Of a stretch of DNA of 64,000 nt, positions 28,254 to 38,644 are shown one piece after another. Origin of the DNA: a candidate division WOR-3 bacterium (GTDB lineage: Bacteria > Hydrothermota > Tepidihabitantia > SM23-42 > CAYGYG01); contig CBFGIV010000001.1 of NCBI GenBank assembly GCA_965648915.1, forward strand, positions 64,001 through 128,000. The letters run 5' to 3'. Position numbers and translations under genes: made by a program. Under the pieces are notes generated by a model, which searched no databases, was not told the DNA's origin, and worked only from the letters and a program-made list of their open reading frames with translations. Positions within the stretch are counted from its first letter, which is position 1; each line of letters opens with the position of its first letter.

Positions 28254-30215
28254 TTAAAAATCGATTCCAATCCCCTTTTCCATTTCTAAATGGCGCGTCG
28301 TATCGGGTCCGGGTTGAATCCAGAATTTTTTATTTTTAGCAATTTTTCTTGAGTATTTATCTTTACCCCCGCCATCAATAAAGACTCCGAGGCAGAGCAT
28401 ATAATCGCGTAATCCACCGGTTGGGGCAATATTGGACTGACCGAGGGTGAGCAGTTCATTGGTTATTTCGTAGATATCATCTCCGTTCCAATCCCAGAAG
28501 ATTCCTATGCCATTAGCATTACCACCGCCGAGGCTGAGGCTGGCGGCGGTGTAGTGGTCGTTGCCCGATTCATCGATTAAAAATCCCACTGTAAAATCGT
28601 GTCCTGAACCCTGAGACATATTCATTGTCGAGATATAACGGTCGTTACCATTGCCATCACGCAAAATACCTATTGCAAAATGGGCACCAGAACCCTGAAC
28701 ATACCAGGGGGCATAATAGAAATCATTTCCCGACTCATCATCGAGAATACCGATGCCATACCAGTAGCCACAGCCCTGACCAAAGAGGCCACATTTATAG
28801 ATATCATTACCTGAACCATCGATAAGAAATCCAACACCGCCCGCCAGGGAATGGCCATCGATAAAATCAGCCCGTTTACCAAAACCAACGCCCTGCGCCA
28901 GTGACGAGTTATGCTCTTTAGTCTGAGAAGCAGGGAAGACTATATCCGAATCATTAGCAATATATGTATCATTTCCGAGATCATCGAGTAATAGTCCGCA
29001 GCCTTTAACATAACCAAAGCCCTGTGCCTGCTGATAACAGTAGTAATAGTCTGTACCGCCAAGATTGACCAGAAGGCCGAGCCCAAAGAGGCCGGCACCC
29101 TGGGAGGCGGTGAAGGAAAAGAGACTATCGTTGCCACCACCATCGTAAAGGAGCCCGAGTCCAAAAACCCCGGCGCCCTGAGTGATATTTTTACAACGAT
29201 AGATATCATCGCCATCCAGGTCTAAAACAAAACTGTAACCGAGTATGGCACCACCGAATGATGGTTGGTGATTATCATCATTGATGTACTGGTCATTGCC
29301 CGAGAGGTCGATAAGGATTGATACCGCTCTTCTGGAGTCAAGATTGGCTCCTCCGGTAAAATAGCAATCATTGCCACCGAGATCGATAATTAAATAGGGG
29401 TGCAGGCTTTTGGAATAGATATTATCTTCGCGGCCGTTGATGATAATTTCACCCAGCGGTGTGGGGATAATTATATTTTTAATTTTGATATTTTCGATTT
29501 GTTTCAGTCTTACCTTGATTGAATCGAGGATCAGGGCAAGATCGGTTGCACCGGTATAGAGATATTCGTAATCGACACTCTCGACAAATTTTTCTACTAC
29601 CCTGGCCCCTGGTGTCTCAAAAGAGCTTGTATCCATAATAGTTATATAATTTATAACTTCTCGATAGACTTGATTCAGTTTGCTCTCACTGATATTGGGG
29701 AATGCAAGTTGACGCCACTTTAGGCTATTGATTGTAGTTAAAATAATCAGGGCGATCTCCTTACCGAGGACAGCGGGAACGAGATCGGCCTTTGTTCTTA
29801 GAAGGATCGTATCAGATTTATCACCGAAAAATTTATAGAGCTCGATAAGGGCAATATATAATTGATCGGTCTCGGATAACATATTTTCATACTCGGTAAC
29901 CTGATTTTTAATGAGATTTCTCCGAACCGCAGATTTTACCAGAGCGGAGGCAAAGATTGTCAGATTGCCAACTTTGTCTTTATTCTCAAGTGCATTCTTA
30001 GACAAAGTCTTTGTATAAGCAGGTATTTTGTAGGGATCATCCATAAATACATCGAAAAGATGAAGGCGGTATTTATCCCCGCCAAAAAAATTCATATCAT
30101 CGATGTCGATGCGGGCGGTTGCCCGGGTTAGACCGATCTTGGATAGAGCGATATCAATCTGGTAGATATTGGGGATTAAGATGAATATATTAATGATTAG
30201 ATAGGGCACCTTCAT
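28254..30215 (-). CDS. Hypothetical exported protein with about 12 Gly/Asp-rich (QGxG..GxGxLxDxxGnDxY) repeats
   Basis: 653-aa ORF, hydrophobic N-terminus, repeated DxxGNDxY motif in the C-terminal half. Confidence 0.8.
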   Translation of the reverse strand: MKVPYLIINIFILIPNIYQIDIALSKIGLTRATARIDIDDMNFFGGDKYRLHLFDVFMDDPYKIPAYTKTLSKNALENKDKVGNLTIFASALVKSAVRRNLIKNQVTEYENMLSETDQLYIALIELYKFFGDKSDTILLRTKADLVPAVLGKEIALIILTTINSLKWRQLAFPNISESKLNQVYREVINYITIMDTSSFETPGARVVEKFVESVDYEYLYTGATDLALILDSIKVRLKQIENIKIKNIIIPTPLGEIIINGREDNIYSKSLHPYLIIDLGGNDCYFTGGANLDSRRAVSILIDLSGNDQYINDDNHQPSFGGAILGYSFVLDLDGDDIYRCKNITQGAGVFGLGLLYDGGGNDSLFSFTASQGAGLFGLGLLVNLGGTDYYYCYQQAQGFGYVKGCGLLLDDLGNDTYIANDSDIVFPASQTKEHNSSLAQGVGFGKRADFIDGHSLAGGVGFLIDGSGNDIYKCGLFGQGCGYWYGIGILDDESGNDFYYAPWYVQGSGAHFAIGILRDGNGNDRYISTMNMSQGSGHDFTVGFLIDESGNDHYTAASLSLGGGNANGIGIFWDWNGDDIYEITNELLTLGQSNIAPTGGLRDYMLCLGVFIDGGGKDKYSRKIAKNKKFWIQPGPDTTRHLEMEKGIGIDF

Positions 30216-30220
30216 AACTA

Positions 30221-30248
30221 ATTATATTTGATCCGTAAGTGATGTCAA
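30221..30248 (-). promoter_or_regulatory. Consensus sigma70 promoter, leaderless transcript
   Basis: Minus strand TTGACA-N16-TATAAT-N5-ATG(30215). Confidence 0.8.
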
Positions 30249-30273
30249 GAGCCAGAGACTTATCGAAGCCTTT

Positions 30274-31809
30274 TTAAAATTTTACTACCTTTCGATAATA
30301 AGAATTTGCGCCAATTTGTGCGAAAATTAAATATGTACCACCTGGTAACGCCTGATTCTGGTGATCGGTGAAATCCCAGAAGATTTTTGTCCCGGTCGCG
30401 ACATTATTTTGAGTAAATAAGATTTTAACTCTACGCCCCAAACAGTCGTAGGCGGAAATACTTACATCACTTGGCTTATCGACATTGAATTGAATCAGGA
30501 CCTTTTTATGCGTAATACCGCCCCGAATATTGAATGATTCTTTTGAAGCCTGATGCTCGGTCTTTTCGGCGATCGAGACAATATGCCCGGTCGGTTTTAA
30601 GAACGGATCGGCCAGGAGCGTCATTCCGTAATGCCAGCACAATTCCATAAAATCGACACCATCACAGGTTATGTGGTAAAACCACTCCTTAAATGCCTGT
30701 CCCAAGTTTTTTTTCTGGGCTAACGGTTCATAAAAATAGGTAAACTCAAGCATACTGCCAGTCTTTGTTGATCCGATTGCCCCGAGGCCGTAACTCTGGT
30801 TGAAGATCGCCCGTCCCCCACCATAGCCATTTGTTGTATAACGGGCAAAAGAACAGGCGAAGTGATTATAGAAATTGGCGGGTGGATTTTGACTGGTATA
30901 TTCAGTTGAGTAATACCAGTCATAGGTTGAATGATTGTTATAATAAAATGCATGGCCACTGGGCGATGAATGGGCAAAGACTGCAACCCAAGCGCGGGGT
31001 GTATTGAGTTTTACCCGGTAGACCGAGGCCCGGGTTGTCTCGGCATGCCAGTAATTGGCGGTGTCGGGGTAGAGGAGTGAGACATCATACGCCCACTGTG
31101 GAGCCCAGGGGATCCAGTCATCGTCGAGAAAGATCAAGGCTCGGTGCTGAAGTTCAAGGGTATCAAAGCGGTAGGCATTATCCTTACGAAAGTAGTTCTG
31201 GAGCAACAGGGTGTCATCGCCGATGCCCGTTGGTGTGAGACGGCCAATATAAATTTCGGGATTGATTTCACCCTGGTGGCCGTCATACTTTCCGTTACCG
31301 GTGTTCATCGTATCAATCCAGCTGCCGTCCAGATCCATATAAAAAAGGTCACAGGGGAACTGGACATACCCATACTCATTAAAATCGTTGGCAATTTCAA
31401 ACCAGCAGACAGGCAGATAACCGATGAAGAAAGCCCCTTCAATATGATTATTTTCGTATAAATTTTTAAGGAAGGCTCTTAATGTCTCAGGTGTTCCGCC
31501 CGAGACTTGATAACTCAAGACTGTATAACCCTCGAGGTTCAGGTTTTTTATGAGTTGATTAAGTTGACGGACTAATGGTTGGGCAAGGGTTTGCTGAGTA
31601 AGGATGGCGACGGTGCCTGCCCGGTTGTCACCGTATGCAATTTTATCAAGTTTGTAGTTAAATTTTGTAAAAGGATGCTGTTTAATCCATTCTTCATATC
31701 TATCCGGGGTTAATCCATTGGGATCGATCCATTTAAGAAGAGTAATTCCAGCCGGTTCTCGAGCCGAAAGAACGGTTAACAGAATAATTGAGATCAAAAT
31801 TTTTTTCAT
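30274..31809 (-). CDS. Secreted peptidase C25 (gingipain-like) protein with T9SS/FlgD-like C-terminal domain
   Basis: Signal peptide; IGYLP, PCDLFYMDLDG, PEIYIGRL, His in FAHSS, Cys in FACSFA, LLADPFL; CTD YDCLGRRVK..WD..GTY..KVVKF. Confidence 0.72.
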   Translation of the reverse strand: MKKILISIILLTVLSAREPAGITLLKWIDPNGLTPDRYEEWIKQHPFTKFNYKLDKIAYGDNRAGTVAILTQQTLAQPLVRQLNQLIKNLNLEGYTVLSYQVSGGTPETLRAFLKNLYENNHIEGAFFIGYLPVCWFEIANDFNEYGYVQFPCDLFYMDLDGSWIDTMNTGNGKYDGHQGEINPEIYIGRLTPTGIGDDTLLLQNYFRKDNAYRFDTLELQHRALIFLDDDWIPWAPQWAYDVSLLYPDTANYWHAETTRASVYRVKLNTPRAWVAVFAHSSPSGHAFYYNNHSTYDWYYSTEYTSQNPPANFYNHFACSFARYTTNGYGGGRAIFNQSYGLGAIGSTKTGSMLEFTYFYEPLAQKKNLGQAFKEWFYHITCDGVDFMELCWHYGMTLLADPFLKPTGHIVSIAEKTEHQASKESFNIRGGITHKKVLIQFNVDKPSDVSISAYDCLGRRVKILFTQNNVATGTKIFWDFTDHQNQALPGGTYLIFAQIGANSYYRKVVKF

Positions 31810-31988
31810 AAGACCTCCTGTAATATTTGGTGAGGTCGAATCCTAATCCGACAAGCAATGTTACTCAGAATGGGAAATAGGTCAAGGATAAAAATAAGAT
31901 TTGGTGACTGAAGATCTTGACAGAATCATTTTCTTATCTATTATTATGTTGATGGAGAGAATTGTAAGTTTTCTAATCAGGAGGACAG

Positions 31989-32333
31989 ATGAATAAATGG
32001 CTTTTATTATTGGGGCTTATATGTTTATTGCTTTGCTGTATGGAAGATGAATCATTTTATCCGGTAGAGGTAGAATTTTTAGTCACCGGCACTCAGGGGA
32101 TACCATTTAATGGCACCATCGGAAACCGATCATCCACGACTTCAATTCAGGGGACTACCCCCGAATCATATTTTGTTGAATTGGAGAATGAGTTTGATAT
32201 GGTCAAGGGCGAATTTCATAAAGGCACTGAGGCCGGAACATTATCAGTTGAGATTTATGTAAATAATGATTATAAGAAGGAGGCGTCGACCTGGGCGCCT
32301 TATGGATCAGTTTCGATTTCTTACAGTGAATAA
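31989..32333 (+). CDS. Small putative lipoprotein
   Basis: MNKW + hydrophobic core + LLCC lipobox-like; SD GGAGG; own promoter TTGACA-N16-TATTAT (31917-44). Confidence 0.7.
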   Translation: MNKWLLLLGLICLLLCCMEDESFYPVEVEFLVTGTQGIPFNGTIGNRSSTTSIQGTTPESYFVELENEFDMVKGEFHKGTEAGTLSVEIYVNNDYKKEASTWAPYGSVSISYSE

Positions 32334-32388
32334 AACCCGGATCACCTTTTGATATTGACTTTAAGGCATATATTGTTATTATTACTCT

Positions 32389-33159
32389 ATGTTTGATGCG
32401 AAACAGACAGCCGATCGAATTGTGGTATGGTTAAGGGAACAACTTGAAGAATCGAAGGCAAAAGGTTTTGTGCTCGGTCTTTCCGGTGGCATTGACTCAT
32501 CAGTAGTTGGTGTTCTTGCCCGGCGTGCCACTGATCGTGTACTTGGACTATTAATGCCCTGCGGTGGTGTGCTCCAGGATATTGATTATGCCTTGAAACT
32601 GGCGCGTAAGTTTTCGATTGAGACGAAGTCGGCTGATCTGATAACTGTTTTTGATACACTGGCGGAGATATTGCCGAAGGGGAATCAGTTGGGTTATGCC
32701 AATCTTAAGCCGAGATTGAGGATGATCGTCCTATATTATTATGCAAATTTGAATAACTACTTAGTCCTCGGGACATCAAATAAGACCGAGATTCTACTCG
32801 GATATTTTACAAAATATGGCGATGGGGCAAGCGATCTTTGCCCTATCGGCGACCTATATAAGTATCAGGTGGTGGCACTGGCTGAGGAACTTGGTGTCCC
32901 GGCGGAGATAATCAAACGCGCCCCAACGGCAGGGCTCTGGCCCGGTCAGACCGATGAGGGCGAAATTGGTTTGAGTTACGCAGTTATGGATAAAACCCTT
33001 GAATACCTTGAGACCGGTCAGGGTGAAGGTCTTGATCGGTTGGTTGTCGAGAAGATCCAGCAGATGATGAGGGCGACCGAACATAAACGTCAGATGCCCA
33101 AAATTTACAAATTAAAACCTCCCGATCCATTAAGTGATCGAGAAGAGGATAAGCGCTGA
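32389..33159 (+). CDS. nadE: NH3-dependent NAD+ synthetase
   Basis: GLSGGIDSSV, NLKPRLRM, GYFTKYGDG, PTAGLWPGQTDE, EHKR; leaderless promoter TTGACT-N16-TATTAT-N6-ATG. Confidence 0.95.
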   Translation: MFDAKQTADRIVVWLREQLEESKAKGFVLGLSGGIDSSVVGVLARRATDRVLGLLMPCGGVLQDIDYALKLARKFSIETKSADLITVFDTLAEILPKGNQLGYANLKPRLRMIVLYYYANLNNYLVLGTSNKTEILLGYFTKYGDGASDLCPIGDLYKYQVVALAEELGVPAEIIKRAPTAGLWPGQTDEGEIGLSYAVMDKTLEYLETGQGEGLDRLVVEKIQQMMRATEHKRQMPKIYKLKPPDPLSDREEDKR

Positions 33160-35008
33160 GCTACATTTGATCCACCGTTTTTTAAAAATCTTTTTCTACT
33201 CTCTTTTTCTTATAATCTACACTCAGGCACTGGCTCAAGATGTCATAAATAATATTGCCCATTCGACAGTTGTAATAAGAGTCTTTGACCGGACCGATAG
33301 TTTGAGAGTACAGGGTAATGGTTTTTTTCTCAATGATCGTGAGGCGGTAACAAACTGGCATGTTGTGGTAGGTGCGAGTCGAGCTGAGGTTCTGACCGAT
33401 GAAGGGAAAAGTTATGCGGTAAAAAAAATTCTGGCTGAAGATAAAGAAAATGACCTTCTCCTCTTAGAGATTGATAACCCGACGGATTCCTTCATCAACC
33501 TCAAGGTTTCTTGTTTACTGCCCGAGAAGAATGAAAGAGTTAAAGTGATTGGCAGAGATCTTAAGAATCGATTGAGAGTAAATGATGGTTATGTGATTGG
33601 AATATCAGAACATTTAGATTTAGGTCAGGTTATCCAGATCTCAGCCGAGATATATCCAGGATTGAGCGGTAGCCCGGTCATTAATGAAAAAGGAGAAGTT
33701 ATTGGTGTGGCTACCTGCCGGAAAAAGGAGAAAGGAGAATGGCAATACTTTGCCACGATAGGTAATAAGATAAACAACTTAAAGAAGACCGTTGACCAGG
33801 TGCTTGCCGAGTGGAGTTCAGGGCGGGCCGGGATTGCTTTCTTTAAGGCAAAAGAATTATACGATAAAGGTTTGAATCTTATCTACAGTGAGAAATATCG
33901 AGATGCACTTACTTATCTGAAAAAGGCGATAGAGCGAGATCCAGATTTCGTTCAGGCTTATGTGGAGATTGGTTTCTGCAATGATAAACTTGGTTATAAT
34001 CAAGCCGCAATCAGGGCCTATCAAGATGCACTAAAGATTAAACCCGATTATGCTTCAGCACTTAATGGTCTGGCCCTGGCATTTATTAAAATTAAGCGCT
34101 ATCAAGATGGTGGCGAGGTTTTAAAACGATTGACAGTACTTAGACCAAATTATTATGAGGCCCACTACAACCTCGGGGTAATCAATGATAAGATAAATCG
34201 TTTAGAAGATGCAATCGCCGCTTATCAACAGGCGGTCAGAATCAAACCGGACTATTTTGAGGCATATAATGGATTGGGGATCACATATACTAAACTCGGA
34301 CGGTATCGCGAGGCGATTGAATCTTTTCACCGAGCGCTGACCATCAAACCGGGCATTCCTGAAGTCTATTATGGTCTGGGGCTGGCATACATTAAGGTGG
34401 GATCTTATGATGATGCGATTGAGGCGTTCGATAAAATCAGAGACATTAAGGATATGCGTTTTGATGTTTATAATGGATTGGGTATAGCCTATACCAATTT
34501 GAACAGGCATCAGGAGGCGATTGAATCTTTTAAGAATGCAATAAAATTAAAACCCGATCGGGCTGAGTTGTATTTTAACCTCGGTTTAAATTACGGAGGG
34601 CTCGGTCAATACGCCAAAGAGATTGAAGCCTATGAAAAAGCGATCGCAATCAATCCTAGCTTTACCGATGCCTATTTTAATCTTGCTATTACCTACAATC
34701 GCCTCGGTCGATATCAAGAAGCAATTGAATCTTTCAAACAGGTAATCCGACTTTCGCCGGGAATGGCTGAGGCTTACTATGGTCTCGGTGTAGTATACTT
34801 AAAACTCGAAAAGACGGACGAGGCTTTAGTTGCTTTTAAGAAGACGGTCCAATTGAATCCGAATCATATTAATGGACATTTTAATCTCGGTATAATCTAT
34901 TTCAATCTTGGAGATAGTCTATCGGCATGGAACCAATATGAGGTTTTGAAAAATTTAGACAAACCGATGGCTGCAGAGTTATATAATATTTTTAACTTTA
35001 AAAAATGA
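33134..35008 (+). CDS. Trypsin-like serine protease domain + multiple TPR repeats
   Basis: TNWHVV / DLLLL / PGLSGSPV triad motifs followed by about 11 TPRs. Confidence 0.85.
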   Translation: MIEKRISAELHLIHRFLKIFFYSLFLIIYTQALAQDVINNIAHSTVVIRVFDRTDSLRVQGNGFFLNDREAVTNWHVVVGASRAEVLTDEGKSYAVKKILAEDKENDLLLLEIDNPTDSFINLKVSCLLPEKNERVKVIGRDLKNRLRVNDGYVIGISEHLDLGQVIQISAEIYPGLSGSPVINEKGEVIGVATCRKKEKGEWQYFATIGNKINNLKKTVDQVLAEWSSGRAGIAFFKAKELYDKGLNLIYSEKYRDALTYLKKAIERDPDFVQAYVEIGFCNDKLGYNQAAIRAYQDALKIKPDYASALNGLALAFIKIKRYQDGGEVLKRLTVLRPNYYEAHYNLGVINDKINRLEDAIAAYQQAVRIKPDYFEAYNGLGITYTKLGRYREAIESFHRALTIKPGIPEVYYGLGLAYIKVGSYDDAIEAFDKIRDIKDMRFDVYNGLGIAYTNLNRHQEAIESFKNAIKLKPDRAELYFNLGLNYGGLGQYAKEIEAYEKAIAINPSFTDAYFNLAITYNRLGRYQEAIESFKQVIRLSPGMAEAYYGLGVVYLKLEKTDEALVAFKKTVQLNPNHINGHFNLGIIYFNLGDSLSAWNQYEVLKNLDKPMAAELYNIFNFKK

Positions 35009-35072
35009 AAGACACTTCAAGGAATTTTTTAACAAATTTCCTGTATAATTATTTGACGATAAAGGAGCAAAG

Positions 35073-37334
35073 ATGACAAATAGATTGATATCTTTAATTC
35101 TGCCGATTGTTCTTTTCTTAATATTGCCTGATAGGATCGTTCCGGCAGCCCAGCCCGGGGAAGGTGATAGGGAAGGACTTTCGCCCTATTTCCTGGTTGA
35201 AGGTGATCCAAAGGTGGAAAGATTCCCACTTCTGAAAAATGATGTAAAAGTCAATATCGCGGGAGTTGTGGCAGAGATTGAATTGACCCAGGTATATAAA
35301 AATGATGGCCGAAAGACGATCGAGGCAGTCTATGTATTTCCTCTCGGTACAAAGTCGGCAATTCACGCAATGACCATGAAAATCGGCAAAAGAATAATCG
35401 AAGCCGAAATTGAAGAAAGAATGAAGGCGCAGAAGATTTATGAGCAAGCAAAAGAGAAAGGTAAAGTTGCCTCACTCCTTGAAAAGAAGAGGCCCAATGT
35501 TTTTCAAATGAAGGTTGCCAATATAATGCCGGGTGATGTGATCGAAGTGGTTGTTAAATATACTGAGATGCTGGTGCCGGAAAAAGGGATCTATGAATGG
35601 GTTTTCCCGACGGTGGTCGGACCACGTTATACGGGTGAGTCTAATCCAGAAGATATTAAAGGAAAGGATAACTGGCTGGTGTCACCCTATCTTCATGAAG
35701 GCGAAGAAGTGCCCTATGAATTTGACATAAATATAAATGTTAACTCGGGGATATCTTTGGCTGATGTCTGGGTAACCTCACATAAGGTAAAGATTAACAA
35801 AACCGGTAACAAAGCCCAGATTGCTCTCGCGGAGGAAGAAAAGCGAAGAGGAAATCGCGATTTCGTTCTCAGGTATAACCTGGAAGGTAATGTGATTAAT
35901 ACCGGACTACTCCTCTATCCTGACCAGGATGAGAAATTTTTCCTTTTGATGCTCGAACCACCGGACAAGATTAATATTAATATGGTGCCGCCCCGTGAAT
36001 ATGTCTTTATCGTTGATGTCTCCGGTTCGATGCATGGTTTCCCTCTTGAGGTTTCAAAGGCTTTAATCAAAAAGATAATTATTGGTTTGAGAAGTAAGGA
36101 TTACTTCAATATACTATTTTTTGCTGGCAGTTCCCAGGTTCTATCTGATCGGCCATTGCCAGCCACCGAAGAGAATAAGAGGAAGGCAATAGAGATGTTG
36201 ATGGCCCAGAGCGGTGGGGGCGGGACTGAGATCCTCGATGCTTTCAAAAGAGCGCTGGCTTTGCCAAAGAAGAAAGGGCTCTCCCGTATTATCGTAACCG
36301 CTACCGATGGTTATGTTTCGGTAGAAAAAGGAGTTTTTGACTTGATGCGCGACAATCTCGATCAGGCAAACTTCTTTGCCTTTGGCATCGGCACCGGCGT
36401 CAATCGTTATTTAATCGAAGGTATCGCAAGGATTGGTAAAGGCGAGCCGTTTGTGGTAACTGATGAAAAAGAGGCTGAACAGGCCGCAGAGAAGTTTATC
36501 AGTTACATTGAGAGCCCTCTGCTCACCGATATAAAAGTCACCTTTGAAGATTTTGATGCCTATGAAGTTGAGCCGATTGCCATGCCTGATCTTTTCGCTG
36601 AACGACCTCTGATTCTGTTCGGGAAATATAAAAATGCCTCGGGTGAGATTAAGGTTGTTGGTAGAACACCCCGGGGTGACTATGTAAAGAAGATCGAGGT
36701 CACAGCATCTTGCGAAGATAATCAGAACCGAGCCCTGAAATACCTCTGGGCACGGGAGCGCATTGCCCGGCTTGCTGATTATGGAAGGGTTGGCGTCGAT
36801 GTAAAGGAGGAGGTAACAAAGCTGGGCTTAAAATACCACCTGATGACTGAATACACCTCATTCGTGGCAGTTGATAAGGTTGTTCGTGAGACCGGCGAGA
36901 TTGTCACTGTTAAACAGCCTTTACCTCTGCCTCAGGGGGTCAGCGATTATGCAGTGGTTGCTGGTCTCACTATGCAGCGCGCCTTACCAATGGCCACAGA
37001 AGAAATAACCACTGCAGGTAAGCCTGACCGGACAAAACAGTTGGCTCAGCTCTATGTAGCCGGTGGTTCGGTGCCGGCTGGTGTCAGTCTTGACGATATT
37101 AAGAAGGCGATTACCAGTCAGATACAAAGCAGATTGGAAGAATCTTTTAAGAAGTGGAAATTAGAAAAAGCGACCGTTGTACTTAAAGTGGTAAATGGCA
37201 AGGTCGAGTCACTAAAGGTTAAGGAATTTAAAGGTAAAAAGTGTATTGGTTCGGTCTTAGAGATGATATTCAAGAGACTCCGATTGCCCGCCTCAATCAA
37301 AGGCACCATTGAGGTGGTATTAGTATATCATTAA
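35073..37334 (+). CDS. Secreted VIT + vWA domain protein (inter-alpha-trypsin inhibitor-like)
   Basis: Signal peptide; IEAVYVFPL..AQKIYE..RPNVF (VIT); MIDAS DVSGSM, GGTE, TDG; YTSFVAVD. Confidence 0.88.
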   Translation: MTNRLISLILPIVLFLILPDRIVPAAQPGEGDREGLSPYFLVEGDPKVERFPLLKNDVKVNIAGVVAEIELTQVYKNDGRKTIEAVYVFPLGTKSAIHAMTMKIGKRIIEAEIEERMKAQKIYEQAKEKGKVASLLEKKRPNVFQMKVANIMPGDVIEVVVKYTEMLVPEKGIYEWVFPTVVGPRYTGESNPEDIKGKDNWLVSPYLHEGEEVPYEFDININVNSGISLADVWVTSHKVKINKTGNKAQIALAEEEKRRGNRDFVLRYNLEGNVINTGLLLYPDQDEKFFLLMLEPPDKININMVPPREYVFIVDVSGSMHGFPLEVSKALIKKIIIGLRSKDYFNILFFAGSSQVLSDRPLPATEENKRKAIEMLMAQSGGGGTEILDAFKRALALPKKKGLSRIIVTATDGYVSVEKGVFDLMRDNLDQANFFAFGIGTGVNRYLIEGIARIGKGEPFVVTDEKEAEQAAEKFISYIESPLLTDIKVTFEDFDAYEVEPIAMPDLFAERPLILFGKYKNASGEIKVVGRTPRGDYVKKIEVTASCEDNQNRALKYLWARERIARLADYGRVGVDVKEEVTKLGLKYHLMTEYTSFVAVDKVVRETGEIVTVKQPLPLPQGVSDYAVVAGLTMQRALPMATEEITTAGKPDRTKQLAQLYVAGGSVPAGVSLDDIKKAITSQIQSRLEESFKKWKLEKATVVLKVVNGKVESLKVKEFKGKKCIGSVLEMIFKRLRLPASIKGTIEVVLVYH

Positions 37335-37372
37335 GATATTGTGGTACATACTGATGATTGAGTCCCGGGGAT

Positions 37373-38644
37373 TTATTCCCCGGACTCTTTTTTTCCGGTC
37401 ATTCCTGTAATGTTGAAATCATCGATTAATAGATGGGGGAAACGGCCAAATTCATAGAGGGAGAGTTTATCGCCAACCCGGACAATCTTCTTCAATAGTT
37501 CGGGCAGGGCAATCTGGAATCTGAGATTTTTTACCGCCGGACCGATCCGGCCATTTTCTATCAAAAATGTGCCGTCACGAGTCATTCCGGTCAGGATACC
37601 TTCTTTCCAGGAGATAACCCTTATGTACCAGAACCTCTTTATCAAAAGGCCATATTCGGTCTCACCGAGCATCTTCTCAAAACTTGTTTCACCAGGGGCA
37701 AGGGTTATTGAAAAGGGAAAACCACCGAAAGGTGATATGAGTTCATAAGCATTACCAGTAGATTTTGTTCCAATCTTATGAGCGGAATAGGAGTCATAGA
37801 CAACATTCTTCAAGACACCCTTTTCAATGAGTATTGTCTTCCGCCTTGCCACGCCTTCAACATCAATCCCCAGATTGGGCAGACCAGTAATAGGCTCATC
37901 ATATAATGTGATGAGGGGTGAGGCAACTTCCTGGTTGAGCCGGCCCGCAAAGCAAGAGCGCCCTTCATAATACATCAGGCCGCTGAAACCTAACCAGGAG
38001 AGGAAACCAAAGAGGTCGTGAACTGCCATCGGTTCAAGGATGACACGGTATTTTTTGGGCTCAATCATAACTGGTTTTATATTTTTCATGGCAGTTTCGA
38101 TTGCCCGGTTAGTAAGATCAGTGATATTTAAGAGACTCAGGTCAAACGAAGTTGCGGTTGAATAGCCGGTGCCTTCACCGGTGACGGTTAATGAAAATTC
38201 AGCCATAGTTGCCTGGTCTCGAACATTGACACCGAGTGAATTACTGATCTCCATCTCATAAAATCCTGTACTCAAGTATCCGGCGGTCTGTAGTCTCTTT
38301 TTGTTACATAACTCAATGACCTCTTTTACTATTTCGGCCCGGTGCATAGGTTTAGTCTGAGCCGTTGATGGGGAATAGCTTCCGCGGTATTCTGGAACAC
38401 CAGCCTCTTCGTTATCGACGAGTGAGACAAAATCGGGATTCTCCATCGAATTTTGAGCAATGTGTTTTGCGGTTTCGATGTCGATCTCTTTACCGATTGA
38501 TGACAGGACACCAATTCTTTTTCCGGCGGCATAAAGAATCTTTGTCTCGACTTCGTCCATGGTAACATTCTGATGAATGGTTGAATTGGCGAATCTGGTT
38601 AAGTCGACTTTCTGCCTTATCTTAGAAATTTGGTACTGATTCAT
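37373..38644 (-). CDS. TldE/PmbA family protein
   Basis: TRFANSTIHQN, DVEG, TGNA, TGMTRDGTFLIENG, NLRF; stop/start overlap with tldD. Confidence 0.85.
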   Translation of the reverse strand: MNQYQISKIRQKVDLTRFANSTIHQNVTMDEVETKILYAAGKRIGVLSSIGKEIDIETAKHIAQNSMENPDFVSLVDNEEAGVPEYRGSYSPSTAQTKPMHRAEIVKEVIELCNKKRLQTAGYLSTGFYEMEISNSLGVNVRDQATMAEFSLTVTGEGTGYSTATSFDLSLLNITDLTNRAIETAMKNIKPVMIEPKKYRVILEPMAVHDLFGFLSWLGFSGLMYYEGRSCFAGRLNQEVASPLITLYDEPITGLPNLGIDVEGVARRKTILIEKGVLKNVVYDSYSAHKIGTKSTGNAYELISPFGGFPFSITLAPGETSFEKMLGETEYGLLIKRFWYIRVISWKEGILTGMTRDGTFLIENGRIGPAVKNLRFQIALPELLKKIVRVGDKLSLYEFGRFPHLLIDDFNITGMTGKKESGE

